Source of the DNA: Escherichia phage BEU33
Sequence record: OM632667.1
Length of the DNA stretch: 44,050 bases
Reading direction: 5' to 3' (one strand)
The notes beneath the pieces are model-generated. The model searched no databases. It was not told the origin of the DNA and saw only the letters and a list, made by a program, of their open reading frames with translations. The translations under genes were made by a program, and so were the position numbers. Below, piece after piece: positions 18,769 to 27,425 of the stretch. Each line of letters starts with the position of its first letter. The stretch's first letter is position 1.

Positions 18769-19130
18769 ATATTAACGACTACACGGGAATACCTTACGAC
18801 TTTCGCAAACGCAATTGCTGGCATCACGTTCGCATTGTACGGGCCGATGCCGGGTTAGAAACCCCGGCGTTCGACGTTACAAGCCCAACGGCGATTAACG
18901 AAGCGTTCGACGAAGGCCATCGTGACACGAAGGGGCTTACGAAGATTGATAAGCCTGAAAACTTCTGTGCGGTGCTTATGGGGTATCGCCGTGGCGGTCG
19001 TATCGTGTGGCACGCGGGAGTTTACTTCGACGGGATGGTGAGTCATTGCGAGCTTGCGTCCCGTCAGGTACGACTTGACCGGCTGGCGGACCTCAGAGAC
19101 ACGTACACGGAGATTGAATTTTGGCGATAA
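18765..19130 (+). CDS. NlpC/P60-family tail assembly protein (K-like)
   Basis: Motif RKRNCWHHV with downstream His, consistent with an NlpC/P60 catalytic core. Confidence 0.5.
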   Translation: MNINDYTGIPYDFRKRNCWHHVRIVRADAGLETPAFDVTSPTAINEAFDEGHRDTKGLTKIDKPENFCAVLMGYRRGGRIVWHAGVYFDGMVSHCELASRQVRLDRLADLRDTYTEIEFWR

Positions 19131-21688
19131 TCCTGCACTACACGCGAAATGCCGACGGGGCTTTCGACCGTACAAAACACGTCGGGATGCCGATGGAGTT
19201 TGTCGTTAACCGTATCCCGGACGGCGTTCCGGTACGCGTCTATCTTGGCGAGATTGGTGATGATACTGATGTTACAGACGACTTCGACGCGCTCAAAGAC
19301 GAGGACGCCGTGTACCACATTATTGAGGGCGCTGGCGGCGGCATTGGCGACGCCATCGGGAGTGTATTCAGTTTCATCCTTAAGCCAATCGCCAAATTGT
19401 TCGGGCTAAACACAGCGGCTAACGCTAATTATTCCGCTACCAACAATCAGGCTACGTCGCCTAACAACAGTCTCACCGACCGCTCAAACAAGCCACGACC
19501 TTATGAGCGTTCTTATGATATCTGCGGGACAGTGCAGACCATCCCCAATGACCTGATGCAGACATATAAGGTGTTTAATGCCGCGGGTGCGCTTATTGAA
19601 TATGCGTACTATGACGCCGGTCGAGGGTATCTGCATATTGAGGAAGACGGTGTAACGGAGGCGGATACCCGAATCAGCGAGATAACTGGCTCGTCGGTGG
19701 CGGTGTATTCCCCTTACACTTCGCCGAATAACACCAACGCCCCACAATTGCATATTGGCGACCCGATAGACCAGAAATTGTACGTTACATTTAAAAACGC
19801 CGATGTCGATGGCGCTGTTCTTCCCGCCCCTAATGATATCGCTATAGACGTGCAGGACTACACTGTCCAGCGGCAGGGAACAACCGGCGTTGTAATAGGC
19901 GATGACGCTGGTTTCGATGAGTTTTTGGCTGTCGGAGACCTGGCATATTTCGATAACGTATATGCGGACACAACTCCTGGGTCTTTAGGTAATGAGGTTA
20001 ACTTAGACGGGAGGTACACTGTTCTTTCGGTTAGTGAAACCACCCTTATTGTGGACGTCAGTACAAATCAATCAGTATGGAACCGGCTAGGGGCGTCTGT
20101 GTGGTTTATAGGTGAAGAGGGTAACCATCTTATAGGCCCGGCGGACACTTACGCGGCTTCTCTCTCTGAATGGGCGTACATCACCCGCGGTACTGTCGAC
20201 CGTGTTGTAGCCAATGTCGCCGCCAGCAACGGCATGTATAAATACAACGGCGACTATAACCGCGCTTCAGTGACAGTGGAACTGCAATACCAGATGGTTG
20301 ATGAGCTGAAACAGCCTGTAGGTGATATGTTCACCGTGCAAGGCACTGTTACAGGGAGAAACACCGATTACACTGGTATTACCCTATACGGAAGCTTGCC
20401 TACCGCTTCCAGATTCCGCGCCCGTATGCGCCGTGTTTCCGATACTGATAAAGATTTTGAGGGTACTGTTAGCGACGAGGTTACTTTCACTAATCTGTAC
20501 GGGCAGTCACTGGATACAACCCCGCACTACGGCAACCGCACTACTATACACTGCGCTCGTAAACAAACCCCACGTGCCGCCGAGGTGTCAGAACCGGAAC
20601 TGCGCATGATTGCTACCGAGATGTGCTACAAATACTTAGGTAACGGCGTATTCGATACGGTAATGACACCGAACACTCAGGCCGTGCAGTCGCTAATCAG
20701 GCTGGCGCGTGACCCTGTGGTGGGTAATCTGGAACTGACAACGGCAAATATGGACAAGTTACTTGCCGTGCAGGAAGAAATTGAGTCGTATTTTGGCAGT
20801 GAATTAGCCGGGCAGTTCTGCTACACGTTCGACGACTACGACACCACGATGCAGGACATCGTTCATACCATCGCGGAAGCCGTTTTCTGTACTGCGTACC
20901 GTAAAGGTGCGGATATTATGCTGCGATTTGATCGTCCGGTTGCGGGGCCCGAAATGGTGTTCACCCACCGCAGCAAAACTACTGGTACAGAGAAATGGAC
21001 GCGCACGTTCAACGATTCGACAACCTATGATAGCCTGTCGTTCTCATACATCGACCCGGATACTAACGTACAGGAAACGATTTATATCCCGGAAGAACTC
21101 GGCGCGAACACCGAGGAATATGAATCGAAGGGCGTACGTAACTATCAGCAGGCATATTGGCTGGCGTGGCGTCGCTACCAGCGCAACGCGTTAAGTAAAG
21201 TTGTCGTAGAGTTCGAAGCTACCGAAGAGGGTGCACTCGCTACACCGGGTGGTGTAATCAGCGTGGTTAAAGGTTCACGTATCGCGCCTCAGGATGGTTA
21301 TGTTGTTGCCGTTAATGGGCTTACGCTGACACTGTCGCAACCTGTTACGTTTACCCCCGGCGATGACCACTCCATCATCCTCAAGAAGCGCGATGGCTCC
21401 GTGCAGAGTATTTCTGTTATCAAAGGAAGCCACGACCGCGAGGTGATTATGCTCTCCGCGCCGGAGGAGGCAATCTACACGGGGAATAGCGCACTAAAAA
21501 CTGAGTTTTCATTCGGCAACGAAGCAAGGCATAATGCTCAGAAGATAGTTGTTTCTTCAATCGACCCCGGCGACGACCGCACGGTCAAGATTACTGGTTA
21601 CAACTATGACGACGGATTCTATAAATACGACGGCGTCGCGCCATACGGCAGCAGCTTCTCCGACGGATTCAGCAATGGTTTTAATTAA
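19121..21688 (+). CDS. tail tip / central fibre protein (J-like)
   Basis: 855-aa ORF following the K-like gene; TTG start with GGAG 8 nt upstream. Confidence 0.5.
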   Translation: MAIILHYTRNADGAFDRTKHVGMPMEFVVNRIPDGVPVRVYLGEIGDDTDVTDDFDALKDEDAVYHIIEGAGGGIGDAIGSVFSFILKPIAKLFGLNTAANANYSATNNQATSPNNSLTDRSNKPRPYERSYDICGTVQTIPNDLMQTYKVFNAAGALIEYAYYDAGRGYLHIEEDGVTEADTRISEITGSSVAVYSPYTSPNNTNAPQLHIGDPIDQKLYVTFKNADVDGAVLPAPNDIAIDVQDYTVQRQGTTGVVIGDDAGFDEFLAVGDLAYFDNVYADTTPGSLGNEVNLDGRYTVLSVSETTLIVDVSTNQSVWNRLGASVWFIGEEGNHLIGPADTYAASLSEWAYITRGTVDRVVANVAASNGMYKYNGDYNRASVTVELQYQMVDELKQPVGDMFTVQGTVTGRNTDYTGITLYGSLPTASRFRARMRRVSDTDKDFEGTVSDEVTFTNLYGQSLDTTPHYGNRTTIHCARKQTPRAAEVSEPELRMIATEMCYKYLGNGVFDTVMTPNTQAVQSLIRLARDPVVGNLELTTANMDKLLAVQEEIESYFGSELAGQFCYTFDDYDTTMQDIVHTIAEAVFCTAYRKGADIMLRFDRPVAGPEMVFTHRSKTTGTEKWTRTFNDSTTYDSLSFSYIDPDTNVQETIYIPEELGANTEEYESKGVRNYQQAYWLAWRRYQRNALSKVVVEFEATEEGALATPGGVISVVKGSRIAPQDGYVVAVNGLTLTLSQPVTFTPGDDHSIILKKRDGSVQSISVIKGSHDREVIMLSAPEEAIYTGNSALKTEFSFGNEARHNAQKIVVSSIDPGDDRTVKITGYNYDDGFYKYDGVAPYGSSFSDGFSNGFN

Positions 21689-21700
21689 AGAGGACTCTAT

Positions 21701-23686
21701 ATGTCAAGCGGATGCGGTGACGTTTTAAGCCTGGCGGATTTACAAACCGCCAAGAAGCACCAGATTTTCGAGGCCGAGGTTATCACTGGCAAATCCGGCG
21801 GTGTAGCTACGGGTGCAGACATTGATTACGCAACAAATCAGGTTACCGGGCAGACGCAGAAGACGCTTCCTGCCGTGTTGCGCGACGCGTGTTTTTCTCC
21901 GGTGTCATGGGATTTCTCCACAGGCGGCACGTTAACCGTTAACGACCGGGACAAGGTGGTGTATGACCCTGTTAGCAAAACATGGTACTCGTACGCAGGT
22001 ACGTTACCAGTTGTTGTCCCTGCATCGTTTAATCCAGTCGGTAACGCTAACTGGAAGCCGCAGACAGACCCAAATTTGCGTAATGATTTGGCGTCAAGTA
22101 CCGCCGGTTTGGGGGCTTCACTGGTGTCTTTTTCCAACGGTAACACCGTTGAAACATTATCTGACGCGGACGGTGCCAAGAACATAGGCAGCGGCGAAAG
22201 GAGTTTGCTTGCACGTAACAATGATATTAAGCATTCAGGAGACTTCTCTACCCTGCAAGCTGCAGTAGATGCATCGTTACCGAAAAATGACTTACTTATT
22301 TCCCCTGGTGAATATACTGAAAAAGTTACTATTGGTAGCGCACAGTTAAAAGGCGTTGGTGGGGCTGTAGTACTAAAAACACCAGCAGACTTTACAAACA
22401 CTGTTCAGGTTAATTTATCGACGCCTCATTGGCAATTCCGCCATAGTGGCGGTTTTGCTATAGATGGTTCTGGTACAACCGGGGCCGTAGGTATTAGTTT
22501 TGACCCGTCAGACCAATATTCCGGACGTCATAATTTTAGTGATTTATACATACACAACATCAACAAGGCAATTCAGAAGCCTTCCGGGAACATCGGTAAT
22601 ACATGGAGAAATATTGGGGTATCTACGTGTGATTGGGGGTATTACGCGATTAGTGGCTCAGAGATGCATTGCGGGGCCGATACCCTCTACAATATCCACT
22701 TCGACGACATCTCCACCTATGCCGTCTACCTAAACGGCACTGTCGATAACGGCGGGATAGGCGGATGGTGGCTTAAAGACTCCATTATTGAGGCTTCCGG
22801 AGGCGGCGGGATATATTTAAAAAGCAAATCAGGTGACTGCCCTACATCTCCATGCGGGGTATCCAATGTATGGACGGAAGCGATTGCAACATCATCGGCT
22901 GTTCAGGTAGACGGCGTGGCGCAAAAACCGCGAGTTCTCAAGTTGGTAGACACCGCGATATTCTTTGCTGAGTATTCTTATCTCAATAACATCGAGCTAT
23001 CCAACTCCAACTTAGTAACTTATGGTTGCCGTTTTGACAACGCCGATGGTAATCAGGATATTGTAGTGGATGCACAAAGCACCATTGTAGCCCACGATGT
23101 GTATTTAAACGGCAGTTCTGGAAAGGACGTTATTGTAGAGTCTGTCGCGTCGCAATCCGCAACGGTAGCCACTACAAACTTGTCTCTGCGAGGAAATTTA
23201 ACAAGGGGACGAGTGTTTAATACGCCGACGGGGAATAAGTTAAAAGCTATCACATTTGACTCAGGTCGCCATAATTTTTCTGGTAGCGGTACCGTTAACG
23301 GTTCGACTGTATCTGACGGACTTCACGCCGCTACATGTACCGAATTTTCATTCCCTGGGTCCGGTTTATATGAAATGGTAGCGTCAAGAACGACACTTAC
23401 ATCCGGTAGATGGTACGTGTGGGGCGTCAACTCTCGCCTCCAATCAGGAACAGCAGATGTGAGTATAACGTCAGGTATTACTATGGGTAGCGTTTATACT
23501 AAGTCTGGTGAGTGGATTAGCACATTTGGGGTGGGTAAAGCTTCCGCTAACGGTACTGTAAGTCTGTACGTCTCTACTGCGGGAGGTTCAGGTGCTGTTA
23601 TCAGATTTAGCGACTTCTTCATCGCTGAGTTTACGACGCAGGCTCAGGCTTTAGCTTTCGCTAACTCCAGAATGTCGTTGGCTTAA
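21701..23686 (+). CDS. tailspike / receptor-binding protein
   Basis: Last structural gene; G/N/S/T-rich repetitive body suggestive of a beta-helix; RBS AAGAGGA. Confidence 0.5.
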   Translation: MSSGCGDVLSLADLQTAKKHQIFEAEVITGKSGGVATGADIDYATNQVTGQTQKTLPAVLRDACFSPVSWDFSTGGTLTVNDRDKVVYDPVSKTWYSYAGTLPVVVPASFNPVGNANWKPQTDPNLRNDLASSTAGLGASLVSFSNGNTVETLSDADGAKNIGSGERSLLARNNDIKHSGDFSTLQAAVDASLPKNDLLISPGEYTEKVTIGSAQLKGVGGAVVLKTPADFTNTVQVNLSTPHWQFRHSGGFAIDGSGTTGAVGISFDPSDQYSGRHNFSDLYIHNINKAIQKPSGNIGNTWRNIGVSTCDWGYYAISGSEMHCGADTLYNIHFDDISTYAVYLNGTVDNGGIGGWWLKDSIIEASGGGGIYLKSKSGDCPTSPCGVSNVWTEAIATSSAVQVDGVAQKPRVLKLVDTAIFFAEYSYLNNIELSNSNLVTYGCRFDNADGNQDIVVDAQSTIVAHDVYLNGSSGKDVIVESVASQSATVATTNLSLRGNLTRGRVFNTPTGNKLKAITFDSGRHNFSGSGTVNGSTVSDGLHAATCTEFSFPGSGLYEMVASRTTLTSGRWYVWGVNSRLQSGTADVSITSGITMGSVYTKSGEWISTFGVGKASANGTVSLYVSTAGGSGAVIRFSDFFIAEFTTQAQALAFANSRMSLA

Positions 23687-23690
23687 AACT

Positions 23691-23716
23691 AAGGCCCCGA
23701 AAGGGGCCTTTTCTCT
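23691..23716. terminator. bidirectional terminator AAGGCCCC-gaaa-GGGGCCTT
   Basis: Same stem as 4313 and 11116 terminators; T-tracts on both sides; at the convergence of structural and replication operons. Confidence 0.75.
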
Positions 23717-23847
23717 ACTCTTCTGATAGCTTCTCCAGTACAAACGCCAGTTGCGCATTAGCGGCGTCTCTTTGCTGGCGTAATCGTAGAACCTCTTCTT
23801 CAAGTTCCTTGATACGTTTTTGCAAGCCGGAATCGGGGCTGTGATGT

Positions 23848-24363
23848 TCATTTGACAAATTTCCTCGCAAGATACGTTATTTCTTCTTCACAAAGTTCAT
23901 CAAGGTCGTTAGATACAAATCCTCTGGAGAATGTTCTGCTAAATTTTAAACCAGCTTTATCATTGTCACCGGCGCACACCCATTCATACGGCAAAAGTGA
24001 CATTTGCTGCCGTAAGTCAGCTGGTATGTTCGACCCCAATGCGCTAACTGCATTAAACCCGCAATTCATCAAAGCAACAGCTTTAAATATGCTTTCGGTA
24101 ACAAATACCACCCCGCTACTTGGCAAATACTCAAGTCCCCATAAACACGGCCTTGTTGTTCGGGTAAAGTACCGCGCGTCTTTAGGGTTTTTACAGTTCT
24201 TTTCAGCATGTGGCTTGTAATGCTGGTATCCTCGTAGCCTACCGTCAAAACCCCACAAGTAGAATGTAGCAACGCCAGGGGCTAAGACTACCTGGAGACG
24301 GTCTGCGTCAAAACCTCGTGACAGCAGATGCGCCTTAAGTAGTAACTCCTCGCCATCCATCAT
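23848..24363 (-). CDS. Toprim-domain protein (primase-like)
   Basis: Conserved Glu in VFVTESIF and DxD in CAGDNDKAG, the Toprim signature. Confidence 0.5.
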   Translation of the reverse strand: MMDGEELLLKAHLLSRGFDADRLQVVLAPGVATFYLWGFDGRLRGYQHYKPHAEKNCKNPKDARYFTRTTRPCLWGLEYLPSSGVVFVTESIFKAVALMNCGFNAVSALGSNIPADLRQQMSLLPYEWVCAGDNDKAGLKFSRTFSRGFVSNDLDELCEEEITYLARKFVK

Positions 24364-25784
24364 TTCTTACCTCGTCTCTTCATGTAATTAAGCAACTCTT
24401 CCTGTACCGATTTCTTCTCGTCAGTACGTGTGGCAACAACCTCGTCCAGCGTGTCTTTAGCGACGATGTGATAGAGGAACACCGGTCGCTCGTGCCCCGC
24501 TTGTTTCTGGCGGACCGGGCCTATACGCTCAACAACCTGCAAATAGTGCTCAAGGTTCCAGCCTTGCGAGATGAACGCCAGATGATGACCCCCGTCCTGT
24601 AAATTCAAACCATGCCCGGCTGACGCAGGATGCACGCATAAAATCTCGATTTCCCCACGGTTCCACGCTTCCATCTGCTTATTACCCTTCGCACCTTTGG
24701 CAAATGCCTGGGCCTGCGGGAATCGCTTAAGGATGCGCTCCAGTTCGTGCTTGAACTGATAGGCCACCAGTAACGGCGCGCCCTGTAACTCTTCCACAAT
24801 GGACTCCAGTGCGTCCAGTTTCGTGTCGTGCACTTTCTCCCAGTCTTTGGTTGCTTCGCCGTCAGGGCCCGAAACATACACGGCACCGGAGGCAATCTGC
24901 AGACACTTCGACGTCTTCGCCGCAGCGTTAGCCGCTTCAACTTCTCCGCTTTCCAGTTCCGCGAATAGCTTCTCCTCCATATCGATGTACGCCTGACGTG
25001 CTTTCTTCGGCAGGTCGATTTCAACCGGCACGATAACAGGCGCTTCACAACCGAACCACTCGGCGGCGTCAATCGTCAGACTGATGTCCTTCATCTTCTG
25101 GTGAATCTCGTTATCTGCACCAGGGCGGGCGTGATATTCACGTGCCATCGCAGATTTTCCTTTCTGTACCGAATTAAACCAGCGGTCGGTGAATGCTGTA
25201 TACGACGAACCTAGGCGCTCGCCAGCGTCGATAAACCAGTTCTGGCCCCACAAATCCTTGAGGCCGTTTGGTGACGGTGTACCAGTCAGGTTAATAAAAC
25301 GCTTAACCCTTCCGAAAGCCACTTTACTAAGCGCCTTTGCACGCTTGCTACCACCTGAACGGCTGCGGAATGATTTAAGCTTCGTGCTTTCATCGGCAAC
25401 GATAACAGTAAAAGGCCAGTCATCTTTGCCATAGTAGTCAATCAGCCACTCAATAACTTCGTAGTTCGTGCAAACCACGTTAGCATCTGACTCCAGCGCC
25501 GCGATGCGGCGCTTCTCTGAACCAGTCGCATCTACAACACGCAGACATGGGAATTGCCATTTCTCTTGCTCTGCAGGCCACGTACCAGACGCAACCCGCA
25601 GCGGGGCGAGGATTAACACGCGGTCGTCATCATTAAGTTGGCCGTTTCGGAACAGTCGGTTTAATGCCCACAGTACGCTGCCAGTCTTCCCAGCGCCCAT
25701 GCTTGCCCATATGTTGCAGCGATGGTGCCGCAGCATGAACGAAGTCATGAGCTTTTGGTACTCACGCCTTTGAAACTTACTCAT
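24360..25784 (-). CDS. SF2 helicase, SNF2-like
   Basis: Walker A GAGKTG, motif II DEST, LTGTPSPN, C-terminal GHGLNLQDGG block. Confidence 0.75.
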   Translation of the reverse strand: MSKFQRREYQKLMTSFMLRHHRCNIWASMGAGKTGSVLWALNRLFRNGQLNDDDRVLILAPLRVASGTWPAEQEKWQFPCLRVVDATGSEKRRIAALESDANVVCTNYEVIEWLIDYYGKDDWPFTVIVADESTKLKSFRSRSGGSKRAKALSKVAFGRVKRFINLTGTPSPNGLKDLWGQNWFIDAGERLGSSYTAFTDRWFNSVQKGKSAMAREYHARPGADNEIHQKMKDISLTIDAAEWFGCEAPVIVPVEIDLPKKARQAYIDMEEKLFAELESGEVEAANAAAKTSKCLQIASGAVYVSGPDGEATKDWEKVHDTKLDALESIVEELQGAPLLVAYQFKHELERILKRFPQAQAFAKGAKGNKQMEAWNRGEIEILCVHPASAGHGLNLQDGGHHLAFISQGWNLEHYLQVVERIGPVRQKQAGHERPVFLYHIVAKDTLDEVVATRTDEKKSVQEELLNYMKRRGKK

Positions 25785-26706
25785 TTACCGCCCCCATGAA
25801 TGCCTTTATAAATTCAGCAGCTACTTGCGGGACGATGGCATTGCCGTAACCGCGCAATCGTCCCACTCTGGCGGGTATCCCATCAGCCAGCGGGAATGTG
25901 CCGGGTTCAACTGGCCTGAATTTTCCATCCCGGCATCCGAGCCAGTCTGCCTCTGACCAGAAGCCGTGATGCGGATTGGTCGCGATATTTTCAGTCCCTG
26001 CTCCGTTGAGTAGTCCAGCCTGTCGAAAGTCCGGTCCTTTCCGTCCTTGCGAATCACTGTCTCTCCGCTCCCTCTGTAATCGTTCGCGGTCGGCGTCGCC
26101 CATGCCGTCATCGCGGCGGCCCACCCCAGTTTGTTCGGTTTCGTCCTGCCGTCTGTGCTGCGCATGTTCACGTCGTTTGTTATCAGTGATACTGCTGGCG
26201 TGGGCCAATCTATGCGCGCCGAAGAAAAGTCGGTCGCGTTTGTGCGGTGCGCCGACGCTACAAGCTGGGAGTACGGCAAACCCGACGGCGTAGTTTTCTC
26301 CTTCCAGGTGAGTTTGTAAATCGCACATCCACGATTTTGCAATTGCTGGCGCAACCTGCTCCCCAAAGAGGACTGGAGGGCGGCACTCGCTGATGAGGTC
26401 GAGGAACACAGGTGCGAGGTGTCTCGGGTCGAACTGTCCGAGTTGCTTTCCCGCTGCGCTAAACGGTTGGCAAGGCGGGCTTCCCGTCCAGAGAGGCGCA
26501 TCTTCCGGAACTCCCGCAAGTCTGAGCGCGAGAGGCCAGCCGCCGATACCAGCGAAAAAATGACACTGGGTGAATCCGTCGAGGTCTTCTGGCTTAACTT
26601 CAGTAATGCTTCTTTCATCTACAACTCCAAAAGGTATGTGACCCTGTTTTATTAATTCACGCAGCCACGCGGCTGCGCCTTTATCCCATTCGTTGTAATA
26701 GTTCAT
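25777..26706 (-). CDS. DNA (cytosine-5)-methyltransferase
   Basis: Motif I FAGIGGW, motif IV SPPCQPFS, C-terminal GYGNAIVP; unusual charged low-complexity insertion in the middle. Confidence 0.8.
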   Translation of the reverse strand: MNYYNEWDKGAAAWLRELIKQGHIPFGVVDERSITEVKPEDLDGFTQCHFFAGIGGWPLALRLAGVPEDAPLWTGSPPCQPFSAAGKQLGQFDPRHLAPVFLDLISECRPPVLFGEQVAPAIAKSWMCDLQTHLEGENYAVGFAVLPACSVGAPHKRDRLFFGAHRLAHASSITDNKRREHAQHRRQDETEQTGVGRRDDGMGDADRERLQRERRDSDSQGRKGPDFRQAGLLNGAGTENIATNPHHGFWSEADWLGCRDGKFRPVEPGTFPLADGIPARVGRLRGYGNAIVPQVAAEFIKAFMGAVNE

Positions 26707-26894
26707 TTTGCCACCAGAACTAACTCTTTACGCCCGAACGCCGTAACGTTACCGGTTACATCTTCGATAACCAGTTTACCGTTCGACTCGACGTACACCG
26801 TATCAACGGCAACAGGCCGACGGGTCTTAACGTTGAAAATCATGTCGCCAGGTACGATGTCACGTGCTGGTTTGCGGTCATATTCGTGTTTCAT
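26703..26894 (-). CDS. hypothetical protein
   Basis: 63-aa ORF with RBS AAGGAA, start overlaps methyltransferase start region. Confidence 0.4.
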   Translation of the reverse strand: MKHEYDRKPARDIVPGDMIFNVKTRRPVAVDTVYVESNGKLVIEDVTGNVTAFGRKELVLVAK

Positions 26895-26924
26895 TTCTCA
26901 ATTCCTTATATTGTTGGTGTAGGA

Positions 26925-27212
26925 CTAACTATAATAGTTCGCTATTAGGGCGTCAACCTGTTTAAACGAACCAACGACAAAAACATTAGCACCACGCTTA
27001 CGCATCCGCTCGTGCTCCCGTAACTGGTGTGGATCCGGCTTCGTGCTTTCGTCTTTCTTTATCTCGACGAACCAGATGACGCCGCCGGGGAGAATTACCA
27101 GCAGGTCAGGGGCGCCGGAACGTCCTTCGTAGGAAAGTTTACGAACGAGGCCACCAATGGCCTCGAATCGGTCTTTTGCGTATTTCTGTATTTTGCCCTC
27201 AGGCGTACTCAT
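26925..27212 (-). CDS. VRR-NUC domain nuclease
   Basis: GAPDLLVILPGGVIWFVEIKKD pattern of the PD-(D/E)xK VRR-NUC fold; ATG 27212 with RBS GAGGGG preferred over GTG 27248. Confidence 0.7.
   Translation of the reverse strand: MSTPEGKIQKYAKDRFEAIGGLVRKLSYEGRSGAPDLLVILPGGVIWFVEIKKDESTKPDPHQLREHERMRKRGANVFVVGSFKQVDALIANYYS
26928..26956 (-). promoter_or_regulatory. sigma70-like promoter TTGACG-N17-TATAGT on minus strand
   Basis: Hexamers read on minus strand; overlaps the 3' end of the VRR-NUC gene and precedes the gene at 26894. Confidence 0.55.
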
Positions 27213-27293
27213 CCACACACCCCTCACGTTTCGTATGCGCAATACCACAGCGCGGACAGATCCGGCGGTCTTCTTCGTAGAACCAGTAAATTT

Positions 27294-27425
27294 TCATTCC
27301 AGCACCCACAGATAAATTGTTACTAACATACCTAATACGGCAACCATCATGCCGTATTGACCCTCGTGACAGTAGACACCGGCGGCGAATCCCGCCAGTA
27401 CCGCAATAATCAGTTTACTTGGCAT
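27294..27425 (-). CDS. hypothetical 43-aa membrane peptide
   Basis: Below ORF-track cutoff; two hydrophobic segments; GGAG upstream; start overlaps polymerase stop. Confidence 0.3.
   Translation of the reverse strand: MPSKLIIAVLAGFAAGVYCHEGQYGMMVAVLGMLVTIYLWVLE

Noticed and set aside
23651-23851. 66-aa minus-strand ORF coupled to the Toprim gene
   Set aside because: Reads through the bidirectional terminator hairpin and overlaps the tailspike 3' end; probably not translated as annotated, though a shorter product cannot be excluded.
25821-26618. 265-aa minus-strand ORF overlapping the methyltransferase gene in another frame
   Set aside because: Entirely inside a gene with clear catalytic motifs; Ser/Arg-rich artefact of the GC-rich insertion.
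27027-27326. 99-aa plus-strand ORF between VRR-NUC and polymerase genes
   Set aside because: Antisense to the VRR-NUC gene and the small membrane peptide ORF; no RBS.
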